DNA of 64,000 nucleotides, from positions 70,197-134,196 of the forward strand of contig JBAZWC010000001.1 of the NCBI GenBank assembly GCA_041660565.1, given 5' to 3'. The translations under genes and the position numbers were made by a program. Below, in pieces: positions 35,947-45,318 of the stretch. The DNA comes from Patescibacteria group bacterium (GTDB taxonomy: Bacteria; Patescibacteriota; UBA1384; CAJBMM01). The notes beneath the pieces were generated by a model. It was not told where the DNA came from. It made no database searches and saw only the letters and a list, made by a program, of their open reading frames with translations. How positions within the stretch are numbered: position 1 is the stretch's first letter; each line of letters starts with the position of its first letter.

Positions 35947-37014
35947 ATGTCAGTTAATATGATTCCAGAAATGGAGCGTTTGCTTGATCAAACGATCGCA
36001 GCTAAGGCTTCGGACTTGCATATTGTAGTGGGTATCAACCCGACAATTAGAATTGATGGCGAGCTAACCCCACTAATGGACGAACCGTTAGTTGATGCCA
36101 AAATGGCCCAAACGCTTGTAACTGGAATACTTGACGCGGAGATGAATGACTCGTTGAATCAGCGCAAAGAAATTGACTTTTCTTTCGGTTATAAAGAGTA
36201 TCGTTTTCGTGCCAATGCCTATTTTCAAAGTAGTACTTACGCGTTGTCTCTTCGATTAATTACGCTGGAAATTCGGAATTTTACTCAATTAGGTTTGCCA
36301 CCGGTATTGGAACGATTTGCAGCCAGTGGGCAAGGATTAGTCATTATCACCGGTCCAACCGGGCATGGCAAATCCACCACCTTGGCCGCTATGATCAATC
36401 AAATTAACGAAGATCGCCGCGACCGTATCATCACCATAGAAGATCCTATTGAATACGTGTTTAAGCATAAAAAATCAATTGTTACCCAACGAGAGCTGGG
36501 GCAAGATACAAATTCATTTTCGCGAGCACTGCGAGCGGCGCTACGTGAAGATCCTGATGTGGTGCTAGTGGGTGAAATGCGAGATCTAGAGACAGTTGAA
36601 GCAGCCTTAACCATCGCTGAAACCGGTCACTTGGTATTTACCACCCTACACACCAACTCGGCTGCTCAAACCGCCGATCGTATTATCGACATTTTCCCGC
36701 CACACCAACAAGCGCAGGTTCGAGCCCAGTTAGCCAGCGTGCTACTCGGCGTGGTATCGCAGCGTTTAATCGCTAAAATTGGTGGTGGGCGTACGGTGGC
36801 GGTTGAGTTAATGATCGCTAACTCGGCGGTGCGAAACACTATTCGTGAAGGTAAAACTCACCAATTGCCAAACATTATTCAAACCAGTGCTGCCGAGGGT
36901 ATGATAAGCTTAGACAAAGTCTTGGCCGAATTGGTCAGTAAGGGTGATATTACAATTGATAATGCCTTATTATGGTCCATGGATCCGAAAGCATTAAAAA
37001 TGATGGTTTATTGA
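35947..37014 (+). CDS. pilT: Twitching motility/retraction ATPase
   Basis: ASDLH, GPTGHGKSTT, EDPIE, ALREDPD, AETGHL and AVRNTIRE motifs. Confidence 0.95.
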   Translation: MSVNMIPEMERLLDQTIAAKASDLHIVVGINPTIRIDGELTPLMDEPLVDAKMAQTLVTGILDAEMNDSLNQRKEIDFSFGYKEYRFRANAYFQSSTYALSLRLITLEIRNFTQLGLPPVLERFAASGQGLVIITGPTGHGKSTTLAAMINQINEDRRDRIITIEDPIEYVFKHKKSIVTQRELGQDTNSFSRALRAALREDPDVVLVGEMRDLETVEAALTIAETGHLVFTTLHTNSAAQTADRIIDIFPPHQQAQVRAQLASVLLGVVSQRLIAKIGGGRTVAVELMIANSAVRNTIREGKTHQLPNIIQTSAAEGMISLDKVLAELVSKGDITIDNALLWSMDPKALKMMVY

Positions 37015-37203
37015 TAATAATTTGAAATTTGAAATTTGAAATTTTTAAACCATAAGGAATTGTTTTTCAGTTGTCATTTCGACCCGGGGAGCTGGTTTGA
37101 GCGACCACGTTGGAGAAATCTAAGAATAAATCCCTTCCAAGATTCTACCACGCCCCAACATCCCCAATTTCCCTAACCACCCTAACGTAATCTTGGAGTC
37201 ACA

Positions 37204-38403
37204 TTGGCAAAATTTGTCTACGAAGCAAAAAACGATCAAGGGCAGCTGGTACGCGGCATGGTTGTTGCGCCTAACGAATCTGCTGCCGAAAAATTATTGC
37301 AACGCAATCGTTTTGTTGTGACGTCATTAGAAGTTGGTAAATCGCCTTTTTCAGCCATAAACATTTTTAATAAAGTTGGAGTACGTGATCGTGCGCAGTT
37401 TGCGCGTCAGTTAGCCACCATGATCTCTGCTGGCTTGCCATTGGTACAAGCCCTAAACATTATCACCATGCAAACTCGTCAACCAAAAATGCATACTATT
37501 TTAGCGTCGGTGGTGCGAGACATTGAAAGCGGGTTCAGTTTTTCTACCGCGCTTGCAAAGCACACCGAGGCGTTTGATAGCGTTTTTATCGCCATCGTTA
37601 GATCTGGTGAGGCCACCGGTAAACTCGATCAGGTATTGCTCGAGTTAGCAGATCAATCTGAAAAAGACGCGTCGTTTTCCGGAAAAATTAAAGGCGCATT
37701 AGCTTATCCGGCATTTATCATCTGCGCTATGATTGGTGTTGCTATTTTAATGATGACTCAGGTTATCCCAACCATAAAAGCAGTTTTCGAAGAAGCAAAC
37801 GCTCAGTTGCCATTTGCCACCAGAATGTTGATTATCGCATCTGACTATATGGTTGAGTTTTGGTACATTGTGATTGTGGCTGTAATTGGGTTTGTGGTTG
37901 CGGCGCGATTGTTTTTAATGTCCAAGCCAGGCAAATTAATGTTAGATAAACTAGCGCTCCATGCTCCGATATTTTCACAAACCGCAACCAGCATCATTAT
38001 GGCCAGGCTAACCCGTACTCTAGGTCTGCTGGTTGGCTCTGGAATTCCAATTCTCGAATCAATTAGCATTGTCTCCGAGGTTATTAATAATAATATATAT
38101 AAAGAAGGCCTAAGAGAGGTGAGGGCGCAAGTTGAGCGTGGTATTCCAATGAGCGTGCCGTTGTTAAAAAACAAAGAATTTCCGGTATTATTTGGGCAAA
38201 TGGTCTCGGTAGGTGAGCAAACCGGACGAATTGATGCAATGCTTGCCAATCTGGCCAAGTTTTATTCCGAAGACTCTGATACAAAATTAAAAGGAATGAC
38301 TACGCTAATCGAGCCTGTCGTGATGGTTATCTTGGGTGTGGGCGTGGCGTTTCTAATATTTGCTATTCTAGTGCCAATTTACAACATCTCAAGCATAGGA
38401 TAG
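37204..38403 (+). CDS. pilC: Type IV pilus platform protein (GspF/PilC)
   Basis: FARQLATMISAGLP, GE.TG.LD, A..YP, GEQTG and IEP motifs. Confidence 0.95.
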   Translation: MAKFVYEAKNDQGQLVRGMVVAPNESAAEKLLQRNRFVVTSLEVGKSPFSAINIFNKVGVRDRAQFARQLATMISAGLPLVQALNIITMQTRQPKMHTILASVVRDIESGFSFSTALAKHTEAFDSVFIAIVRSGEATGKLDQVLLELADQSEKDASFSGKIKGALAYPAFIICAMIGVAILMMTQVIPTIKAVFEEANAQLPFATRMLIIASDYMVEFWYIVIVAVIGFVVAARLFLMSKPGKLMLDKLALHAPIFSQTATSIIMARLTRTLGLLVGSGIPILESISIVSEVINNNIYKEGLREVRAQVERGIPMSVPLLKNKEFPVLFGQMVSVGEQTGRIDAMLANLAKFYSEDSDTKLKGMTTLIEPVVMVILGVGVAFLIFAILVPIYNISSIG

Positions 38404-38654
38404 TGATTTGGTGTCATTCCGGGCTTGACCCGGAATCTATATAAAAAAATTTTTGTTCGAGGTGCCCGTCCCGAGAACTGTGAGATGCATCATGTCAGTC
38501 AACAGCGAATATTTCATAATTATCGTCAGATAATTTCGAGACAAAGCGAGCCAAGCGAACTGTCTCAAAGCGAACAATCTTCATTAACATGGTATTGTGT
38601 GTTAGTTTAGTGGTAAAATATATATGGTATGTAAATTGAAAAAAGGAGGCTATC

Positions 38655-39170
38655 GTGCAAAATAAAAAGGCTTTTACTTTGATCGAACTATTGGTGGTTA
38701 TCGCCATTATTGGTATTTTGGCGGCTATTGCTCTTAACGCTACTACCAGTGCGAGGCGTCGTGCTGCAGACGCTCAGGTAAAATCGAACGCGCAGGCGTA
38801 TCTTAAAGCGTGGATTTCGTACTCGTCTGACAGCTCCATGTTTAACGTCGCTGCACAAGGAGTAGGAAACGTCACTCTAAGAGGGGTTCAGGGTTGGCAA
38901 AACACTACTTTTAGAACCAGTGGTGATTTAACTGCCGCTGCTGGGTTATACAGTGCATCAAACCCTGACGTTGCTTCGCCGTATGATATTACAAATCCAA
39001 AGTATGACGACCGAAATTTCACTGCTACTGCGATTGCGGTTGGAGGGGCGCTTACTGCTAACCCTGCTGCTACTGCTGCGGGTCCTATTGTTGCGGGTGG
39101 TCAGGCCAACATCGATAGCATTTTTACCGCGCCGGCCGGTGGAAAATGGTTTGTTGTGACTCAAAGATAG
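38655..39170 (+). CDS. Type IV pilin
   Basis: KKAFTLIELLVVIAIIGILAAI class III signal. Confidence 0.93.
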   Translation: MQNKKAFTLIELLVVIAIIGILAAIALNATTSARRRAADAQVKSNAQAYLKAWISYSSDSSMFNVAAQGVGNVTLRGVQGWQNTTFRTSGDLTAAAGLYSASNPDVASPYDITNPKYDDRNFTATAIAVGGALTANPAATAAGPIVAGGQANIDSIFTAPAGGKWFVVTQR

Positions 39171-39334
39171 TAGTTATCCACAGGCATTCGTTGGAATGAC
39201 GCTTGTTATCATATACAATTAAATAGGATTATTAAAATTGCTCCCGGTAGGGGTGGGTTTATTCCACTCGTGGAGGGACGGTCGATGCAGTTTTGTGATA
39301 TTTTAATCAAATTATTTTAAAGGAGTTTCTTATT

Positions 39335-39817
39335 ATGAAAAAAGCTTTTACCTTAATTGAGCTTTTAGTGGTCATCGCCATCATTGGTATTTTGGCCGCT
39401 ATTGCTCTTAACGCTACTACCAGTGCACGACGTCGAGCGTCAGATGCTCAAGTCAAATCAAACGCGCAATCAGCACTGAAGGCGTGGGTTTCATATTCGT
39501 CTGACAACTCGTTATTCTACACACCTGTTGCTGCTGCTGCCACAACAGTGGCGCGTGCCGACTTTACCACTGCTGCAACTGGCTTAGATGCGGTGTTAAC
39601 TGCAGACCTGCGCACCGGTATGACAGCAAGTTTGTATGGTGGCCATGATGGTACGGGTGCCGGAACATTTAGTTCAAACGTGATTGGCGTGGGTGGAGCG
39701 CTAACAGCTAATCCAGCTACGGGTGCAAACGGAATTGTCGCTGGAAACGGTGCCACAGACGGTATTACCGCTGGTGGTGCAGCTACCGACGAATGGTTCT
39801 TAGTTACACAAAGATAA
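39335..39817 (+). CDS. Type IV pilin, paralogue of the upstream pilin
   Basis: Same N-terminal helix; shared C-terminal WF.VTQR. Confidence 0.93.
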   Translation: MKKAFTLIELLVVIAIIGILAAIALNATTSARRRASDAQVKSNAQSALKAWVSYSSDNSLFYTPVAAAATTVARADFTTAATGLDAVLTADLRTGMTASLYGGHDGTGAGTFSSNVIGVGGALTANPATGANGIVAGNGATDGITAGGAATDEWFLVTQR

Positions 39818-39912
39818 TATTTATTATCTAACTGTCCATCTCTGCGTCATTGTTGTGTCGCGTAATGCGATGCTCTCTGACGCCGAGGGGACAGTTTTAT
39901 TGAGGAGGGGAT

Positions 39913-40662
39913 ATGTGGATTGTTGCGGCGTTATTCGGACTATTTATCGGGTCATTTTTGAACGTGGTCAACTTGCGCTTTGGTAAATGGAAGAGTATCG
40001 CCACCTCCAGATCTAATTGTGTACATTGCAAACACACCTTATCCTGGTTTGACCTAATCCCGGTGCTTAGCTTTGGGCTTTTAGGCGGAAAATGTCGCTA
40101 TTGCCACAAACCAATATCCATCCAATATCCGATTATCGAACTATTATCGGCAATTCTGGCGGGGCTAATTTGGTGGCATTATCAACCCGAATCAACATCA
40201 CAAATAATCCTTGCCATACTAACCATCATTTTTGGGTATATCTTTTTGCTTATGTCTATTGAAGACGTCAAACAAATGGAAGTGCACGACGAACTATTCT
40301 GGTCGGCAATTGTAATTGGGGTGATTATAGCCGTCTTTACACAACACAGCTTAGTCTCACTTTTGCTTGGTGTTGCCTCTGCCGCCGGATTGTTATTCTT
40401 GCTAACGACTGTTTCAAAAGAGCGCTGGATGGGGTGGGGTGATGTGTTGGTGGCGGTGCCGGTGGGAATAATTTTGGGATACCCGCTTGGGTTATTATGG
40501 ATATTAACCGGATTTTGGGTAGGAGCGATATATGGTGTTGGGTTAATGGCCCTCAAAATTAAAAAACGAACCGACCCCGTACCGTTTTTACCGATACTTT
40601 TGGCCAGTTTTGTGATTGTCTTACTATGGGGTGACCGAATCGTAAATTGGTATTTAAAGTAA
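39913..40662 (+). CDS. pilD: Prepilin peptidase
   Basis: GSFLNVV, RS.C..C, DLIPVLS, GKCRYC, MGWGD and PFLP motifs. Confidence 0.95.
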   Translation: MWIVAALFGLFIGSFLNVVNLRFGKWKSIATSRSNCVHCKHTLSWFDLIPVLSFGLLGGKCRYCHKPISIQYPIIELLSAILAGLIWWHYQPESTSQIILAILTIIFGYIFLLMSIEDVKQMEVHDELFWSAIVIGVIIAVFTQHSLVSLLLGVASAAGLLFLLTTVSKERWMGWGDVLVAVPVGIILGYPLGLLWILTGFWVGAIYGVGLMALKIKKRTDPVPFLPILLASFVIVLLWGDRIVNWYLK

Positions 40663-40720
40663 ATACTTTAGGGGTGTTGGGGTGATTTGGGGAGTTGTGA
40701 AAAAACCCTTCTCCTCTGGA

Positions 40721-40796
40721 GGAGAAGGTGGAACGCTAAGCGTCCCTTGACCCCGCTTAGCGGGGTGCCCGTAGGGCGGATGAGGAGCTCCTCACC
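40721..40796. repeat. 76-bp element, inverted copy at 44876-44951
   Basis: One mismatch between the two copies, compared by eye. Confidence 0.85.
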
Positions 40797-40965
40797 TCTC
40801 CGAGCCGTAGGCTCCAGCCCGTAGGACTTACGCCCGGAGGGTCTACGAGCCGGAGGCCGGTCTTCGACCACCCTCTCCTCAAGGAGGAGAGGGAAACCGA
40901 GGAGTCGAAATGACATGTGAATCAAAATATATGTTACAATAAACGTAACACCGGAGGGGATTAAT

Positions 40966-41766
40966 TTGGGTAAACGTGCTTTTACGATAATTGAACTTTT
41001 GGTAACCATATCGATAATTGGTCTGTTATTGGTCACTATTTTGCCGTCGTTATCCAAATACGGCCGGTCAAATAACGTGAACATTGCGGCACAAACTGTT
41101 CGCCAAGCTCTAGCTGAAACCCAATCCTTTGCTACCGCACCAGACCCAAACACCTGTCCGTTTTTATCCGGAGTGTCATCTAACTGGTGGTCAATTAATG
41201 CCTATGGTTTTTATGCCAATCCGGGTGGAACTACCCCAACCAACATTAAACCGGCATACGCGGCAGATCCAGATGGCTCTTACCCGGCTGGATACACGTG
41301 TGGGCAGTACAGTGATGTTCAAAATTTAGCTCAAAATCAGTATGCTATTTTGGCACTGCACGTTTCCGCTGATCCCGATGATGCTACCAGCATCTGGATC
41401 TCGGTAATTGGGATAGTGAAAATTGAAACCATCGAAAGCCCGGCCCAGTTTATCCAAAATGGTACTACTAACGCCCCAACCCACCCGATATTCTTTGCCT
41501 TTAACTCACCAGATGGTGGCTTTCGTGCCCAAGCCACATACGCGGGTGGAACAGGTTTTGATATCCAGCTAAATCAAATTCTAGCCACCGGTAATTTAGT
41601 GAATATTGGGGCAACCACATACACCACGGCACTAGCTGCCAATAATAAGTTTGCGATAATTACTCTAGGCAATGCAGACAGCTACACTTCAACGCTGTTT
41701 ATTAATATTCTAACCGGGCAAGTTACTTCTACCAATAAAGCTCCGAATGGGTTTACGCCGCAATAA
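40966..41766 (+). CDS. Minor pilin (FimT/FimU-like position)
   Basis: KRAFTIIELLV signal. Confidence 0.85.
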   Translation: MGKRAFTIIELLVTISIIGLLLVTILPSLSKYGRSNNVNIAAQTVRQALAETQSFATAPDPNTCPFLSGVSSNWWSINAYGFYANPGGTTPTNIKPAYAADPDGSYPAGYTCGQYSDVQNLAQNQYAILALHVSADPDDATSIWISVIGIVKIETIESPAQFIQNGTTNAPTHPIFFAFNSPDGGFRAQATYAGGTGFDIQLNQILATGNLVNIGATTYTTALAANNKFAIITLGNADSYTSTLFINILTGQVTSTNKAPNGFTPQ

Positions 41767-41767
41767 G

Positions 41768-42766
41768 ATGATGAACAAGATGAAAAAATCGTTTGGTTTA
41801 ATTGAAGTATTAGTCTCGGGATTAATTGTAATCTCGATAGTTTCGGCTGCCGCGGTTTTAAGGCAAAGATCATCTAGCCAAGCGTCATTAGTGCGCCATC
41901 AAGAAGTCGCCACGCTATTGGCACAAGAGGGGATAGAAGGCGTGCGTCAGATTCGCGATTCAAACTACCTGATCAAACAATCAGAAATTCACTTACAAAC
42001 GTTACGAACAAAAGTTCCTTGGGACTGTTTCCTAACATACGCCGGGTATATCGCTGCAAACGATTTAACCAGCCCCCCAACATTTTATTGCCAAGACGGC
42101 CGAAACAACTCCTCAAGCAGTAAAACCTCCACTAACACCGGCGATTTTTCGCTAACAAATTCACTTCCTACAGATCCATCAAAGCCAACATTAGAGCTAA
42201 GTGCTGGTGCGGTAATGGAGTATTTATTTTATAATGCTGCGGGTGGGCGTGTGTGGTTACCGGCATTCGGAGTTTCATCATACAATAAAGTTGATACCGG
42301 GGGGTTCGAATCTGATAGTCCGTCAACTAATACCTCTATAGGTACCATTTTTGCCGATAATTGCCCCGGAGCAGAACGAATTTTTGTTCCGGAAGGAGAT
42401 TCGAATAAAACAATTATGTTAGGGAATACCCGCCGAACATTGGGTGTGACAGCGGTAGGTGTGGCCGGGCAAACTATTCAAGGTAACAATGTGGCCGGGG
42501 CGTACGCTCAAGATTGTGCTTCAGCACCCCCTGCTGGCTACGCCGAATTTAAACGCCAAATTACTATCAGCCAAGTTCCCGCCATTCAGAACGCCGAAAC
42601 CGCCAATTATCCCGCTGACTGGGTTAGCGCAGGGGCAGTAAACTCACAAACTCACATGGTCAAGGTTTTAGTTAGAGTAAGCTGGGATGAAACAAACCGG
42701 TTTTCTACTAACCAAGACAATGCGGTATTGCTGGCAACATATCTAACCGACTGGAGACCAAATTAA
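41768..42766 (+). CDS. Minor pilin (PilV-like)
   Basis: KKSFGLIEVLV; A..LAQEGIEGVR.IRD; FKR.I.I..V.VSW. Confidence 0.85.
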   Translation: MMNKMKKSFGLIEVLVSGLIVISIVSAAAVLRQRSSSQASLVRHQEVATLLAQEGIEGVRQIRDSNYLIKQSEIHLQTLRTKVPWDCFLTYAGYIAANDLTSPPTFYCQDGRNNSSSSKTSTNTGDFSLTNSLPTDPSKPTLELSAGAVMEYLFYNAAGGRVWLPAFGVSSYNKVDTGGFESDSPSTNTSIGTIFADNCPGAERIFVPEGDSNKTIMLGNTRRTLGVTAVGVAGQTIQGNNVAGAYAQDCASAPPAGYAEFKRQITISQVPAIQNAETANYPADWVSAGAVNSQTHMVKVLVRVSWDETNRFSTNQDNAVLLATYLTDWRPN

Positions 42767-42796
42767 TAATTTTAAATTTTTAATTTTATAACGAAA

Positions 42797-43585
42797 ATGA
42801 ATATGAAAAAATCATACACCTTAATTGAAATATTAATTGCCTCGGCAATCTTTTCCGCTATCATAGTTATCACTATCGGTACATTTTCCGGGTCAATTTC
42901 ATTCAGTGGGGCAGCTACTGAAGACAGGGTAACTAGGGGAGCGGCTCAAACGTTTAATGATTGGCTAACCCGCCAAATTCGCGCCACCAACACCATGCCA
43001 ATCACGCTGTCCTCCTCTGGACCGGCGGCAGTTACCACTATGTGTTTAATTTCTTCCGATGGTGGTTCGAGGATATGTGGCGCATTGCCAGATTATAAAG
43101 CATCCGGTTTTTTGTTCATCGATGCGTACAATCTCCCTCTAAATTCTTATGACATTGCCGATGGCGGGACGATTAATGGGGTAGGTGGAATTATCATACC
43201 AAAACCAGACACCCCGCGATATTGGATGTATATTGGTACGCCATGCGCCGGCGAATCATTGCCAATGGTGCGTCAGACTGTCGCCGCGTTCGATACGGTG
43301 CCACCAAACCCGTGTGGGGCCAACTGGACATCTGCCGGGCAAATATTACCGGCCGAAGTTTCGGTCAAAAATCTAAAATTCTATGGCATCAATCCAAAAT
43401 TAGCCAAATTTGATACAAATGGTAATCTAACCGATTACGGCGCGCTGTCACAGCCATATATTTCCTGGAGTATGCAAATGTATCCCACCAATGCGCCAGA
43501 CCGAGTTACTACTTATCAAACCACCCTTACTTCACGTGATTATTCGTTTGCCTTCCCGGTTTGTACCACTGGAAACTGCCAATGA
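42797..43585 (+). CDS. Minor pilin (PilW-like)
   Basis: KKSYTLIEILIA signal. Confidence 0.82.
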   Translation: MNMKKSYTLIEILIASAIFSAIIVITIGTFSGSISFSGAATEDRVTRGAAQTFNDWLTRQIRATNTMPITLSSSGPAAVTTMCLISSDGGSRICGALPDYKASGFLFIDAYNLPLNSYDIADGGTINGVGGIIIPKPDTPRYWMYIGTPCAGESLPMVRQTVAAFDTVPPNPCGANWTSAGQILPAEVSVKNLKFYGINPKLAKFDTNGNLTDYGALSQPYISWSMQMYPTNAPDRVTTYQTTLTSRDYSFAFPVCTTGNCQ

Positions 43586-43658
43586 TAGGCCTCCTGGTCC
43601 GTAGGGGAGGACTCATACCTGTCCTCCCGAAATCTGACCTCAAAGAAAGAATAACAAG

Positions 43659-44741
43659 ATGAAACACAAATTATCACATTATCTACCAAAAGCTAAAAGT
43701 TCGGCGTTAATTTTAACGTTAGTAATAGTTACGTTAATTGCCAGTATGATCTTTTTTATCGGGCGCTCTGCTATCAAAGAGCAAAAGACCGCTGCTTCTT
43801 CTAACTCTTCATTAGGAGCGTACTACGCCGCAGAAGCGGGAATAGAAACGGGCTTAGCTATGTTAGCGTCAGACAAAAATCTAGAATCGCCAACCTGTCT
43901 CACCGGCGCCGTAGATTGCACCTTAAGCAACCTAAATTCCAACTTATCGGTAGATGACCTGGCAAAGGCCGTGCCAGAGTCATTCCCCGAGCGAGTGCGG
44001 CTAGCGCGATTCGGTGCAAATGGGGCATTGTCAAATAACGCCACCGATACAGATCTGGGAACGTCGGTTAGTCCGTTACTCAACGGAGTGCTCACAATGC
44101 CAGATCCAACCGAATACGTTTATGATCTAAAAATCACCAGCAAAATTGATACTATGGGAAAAGTGTCCGGTGCCAACCCTCCACAACCGATGTCGCCATG
44201 TTCTGCCAGCCCCTGCGCCACTACCGACCCGGGTTTTTTGGCAAACGGTAATGTTAAAGAGTTTACACTGGAAACCGGCGTTGGCGCAGACGTGCCGGGG
44301 AATATAAATATATTCTGGACTTGTACTGACAGGGATTGTGATGGACGTGACCAAATATTAATAGAATATATTCGCAACAACTGTGGTGGTAACACGGAGT
44401 GTACTGAAGATAGGGTTATGGGGTCAGAATACGCCAATCATTCAACGCCTCTAGTAGGTTTCGGCACCTCAAACGCCACGGGAAATATAACTAAAATACG
44501 TATCAAACCTGTTAGTTCAGATGTCGCCACCTTTTCTGGGATTAATTTTAGCCTGGTGGCATATAATAAAACTAACGATGGCACGGTGCCTATAAAATCC
44601 GATATCACTAAGGTACAGTCTATTGGTTACTATGGGGGAATAAAACGCCGCCTAGAGGCAAATGTAGATAGAAGCTCAGGAGCGTTGTTAGGTCTGTTTG
44701 ACTACGCCGTGTATGCCGGTGGTACTCTAACCCAACCATAA
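43659..44741 (+). CDS. PilX-like minor pilin
   Basis: SALILTL (no E5), AYYAAEAGIE, SIGYYG..KR.LE. Confidence 0.82.
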   Translation: MKHKLSHYLPKAKSSALILTLVIVTLIASMIFFIGRSAIKEQKTAASSNSSLGAYYAAEAGIETGLAMLASDKNLESPTCLTGAVDCTLSNLNSNLSVDDLAKAVPESFPERVRLARFGANGALSNNATDTDLGTSVSPLLNGVLTMPDPTEYVYDLKITSKIDTMGKVSGANPPQPMSPCSASPCATTDPGFLANGNVKEFTLETGVGADVPGNINIFWTCTDRDCDGRDQILIEYIRNNCGGNTECTEDRVMGSEYANHSTPLVGFGTSNATGNITKIRIKPVSSDVATFSGINFSLVAYNKTNDGTVPIKSDITKVQSIGYYGGIKRRLEANVDRSSGALLGLFDYAVYAGGTLTQP

Positions 44742-44995
44742 AAAATATCACCCCCGAGGTGGTATCCCTTCACACTCGGGGGAGATATTTCAAATTCTAA
44801 GCACTAAGCACTAAATTCTAAAATGGATGTCACTTTTGTCCCCTCTCCTCGTGAGGAGAGGGTGGCTGTAAGCCGGGTGAGGAGCTCCTCATCCACCCTA
44901 CGGGCACCCCGCTAAGCGGGGTCAAGGGACGCTTAGCGTTCCACCTTCTCCCCGAGATGAGAAGGGTATTAGCATAGCGTCTGTCACGCAAACTA

Positions 44996-45024
44996 TTGAC
45001 AAAGTTTAAAAAATAGTATAGAGT
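44996..45024 (+). promoter_or_regulatory. Sigma70 promoter
   Basis: TTGACA-N17-TAGAGT. Confidence 0.65.
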
Positions 45025-45318
45025 GTTGGTGTATGAGTAACACATATTACCAATATGGTCTAAAAACGGCAGATGCTTTCTAGCGCATTCTCTTGATGAG
45101 TTTGCGATTTTTTGCATCGCCCTTTATTCTATATATAGATATGATGTTAGAACCTTAATAACATTTCAAGAACTCCTCTAGTTAGTGCCGCCAAACAAGC
45201 TGGCGCACCGTATCTGGCTAAACCCGGATGTGGTTCGACATACTTGGCACACTCGCCGGCTTAAAAGGCTGGCACTATCTATCGCCACACGTAGGTGCGG
45301 CGAGGAGGAGACAGTAAG

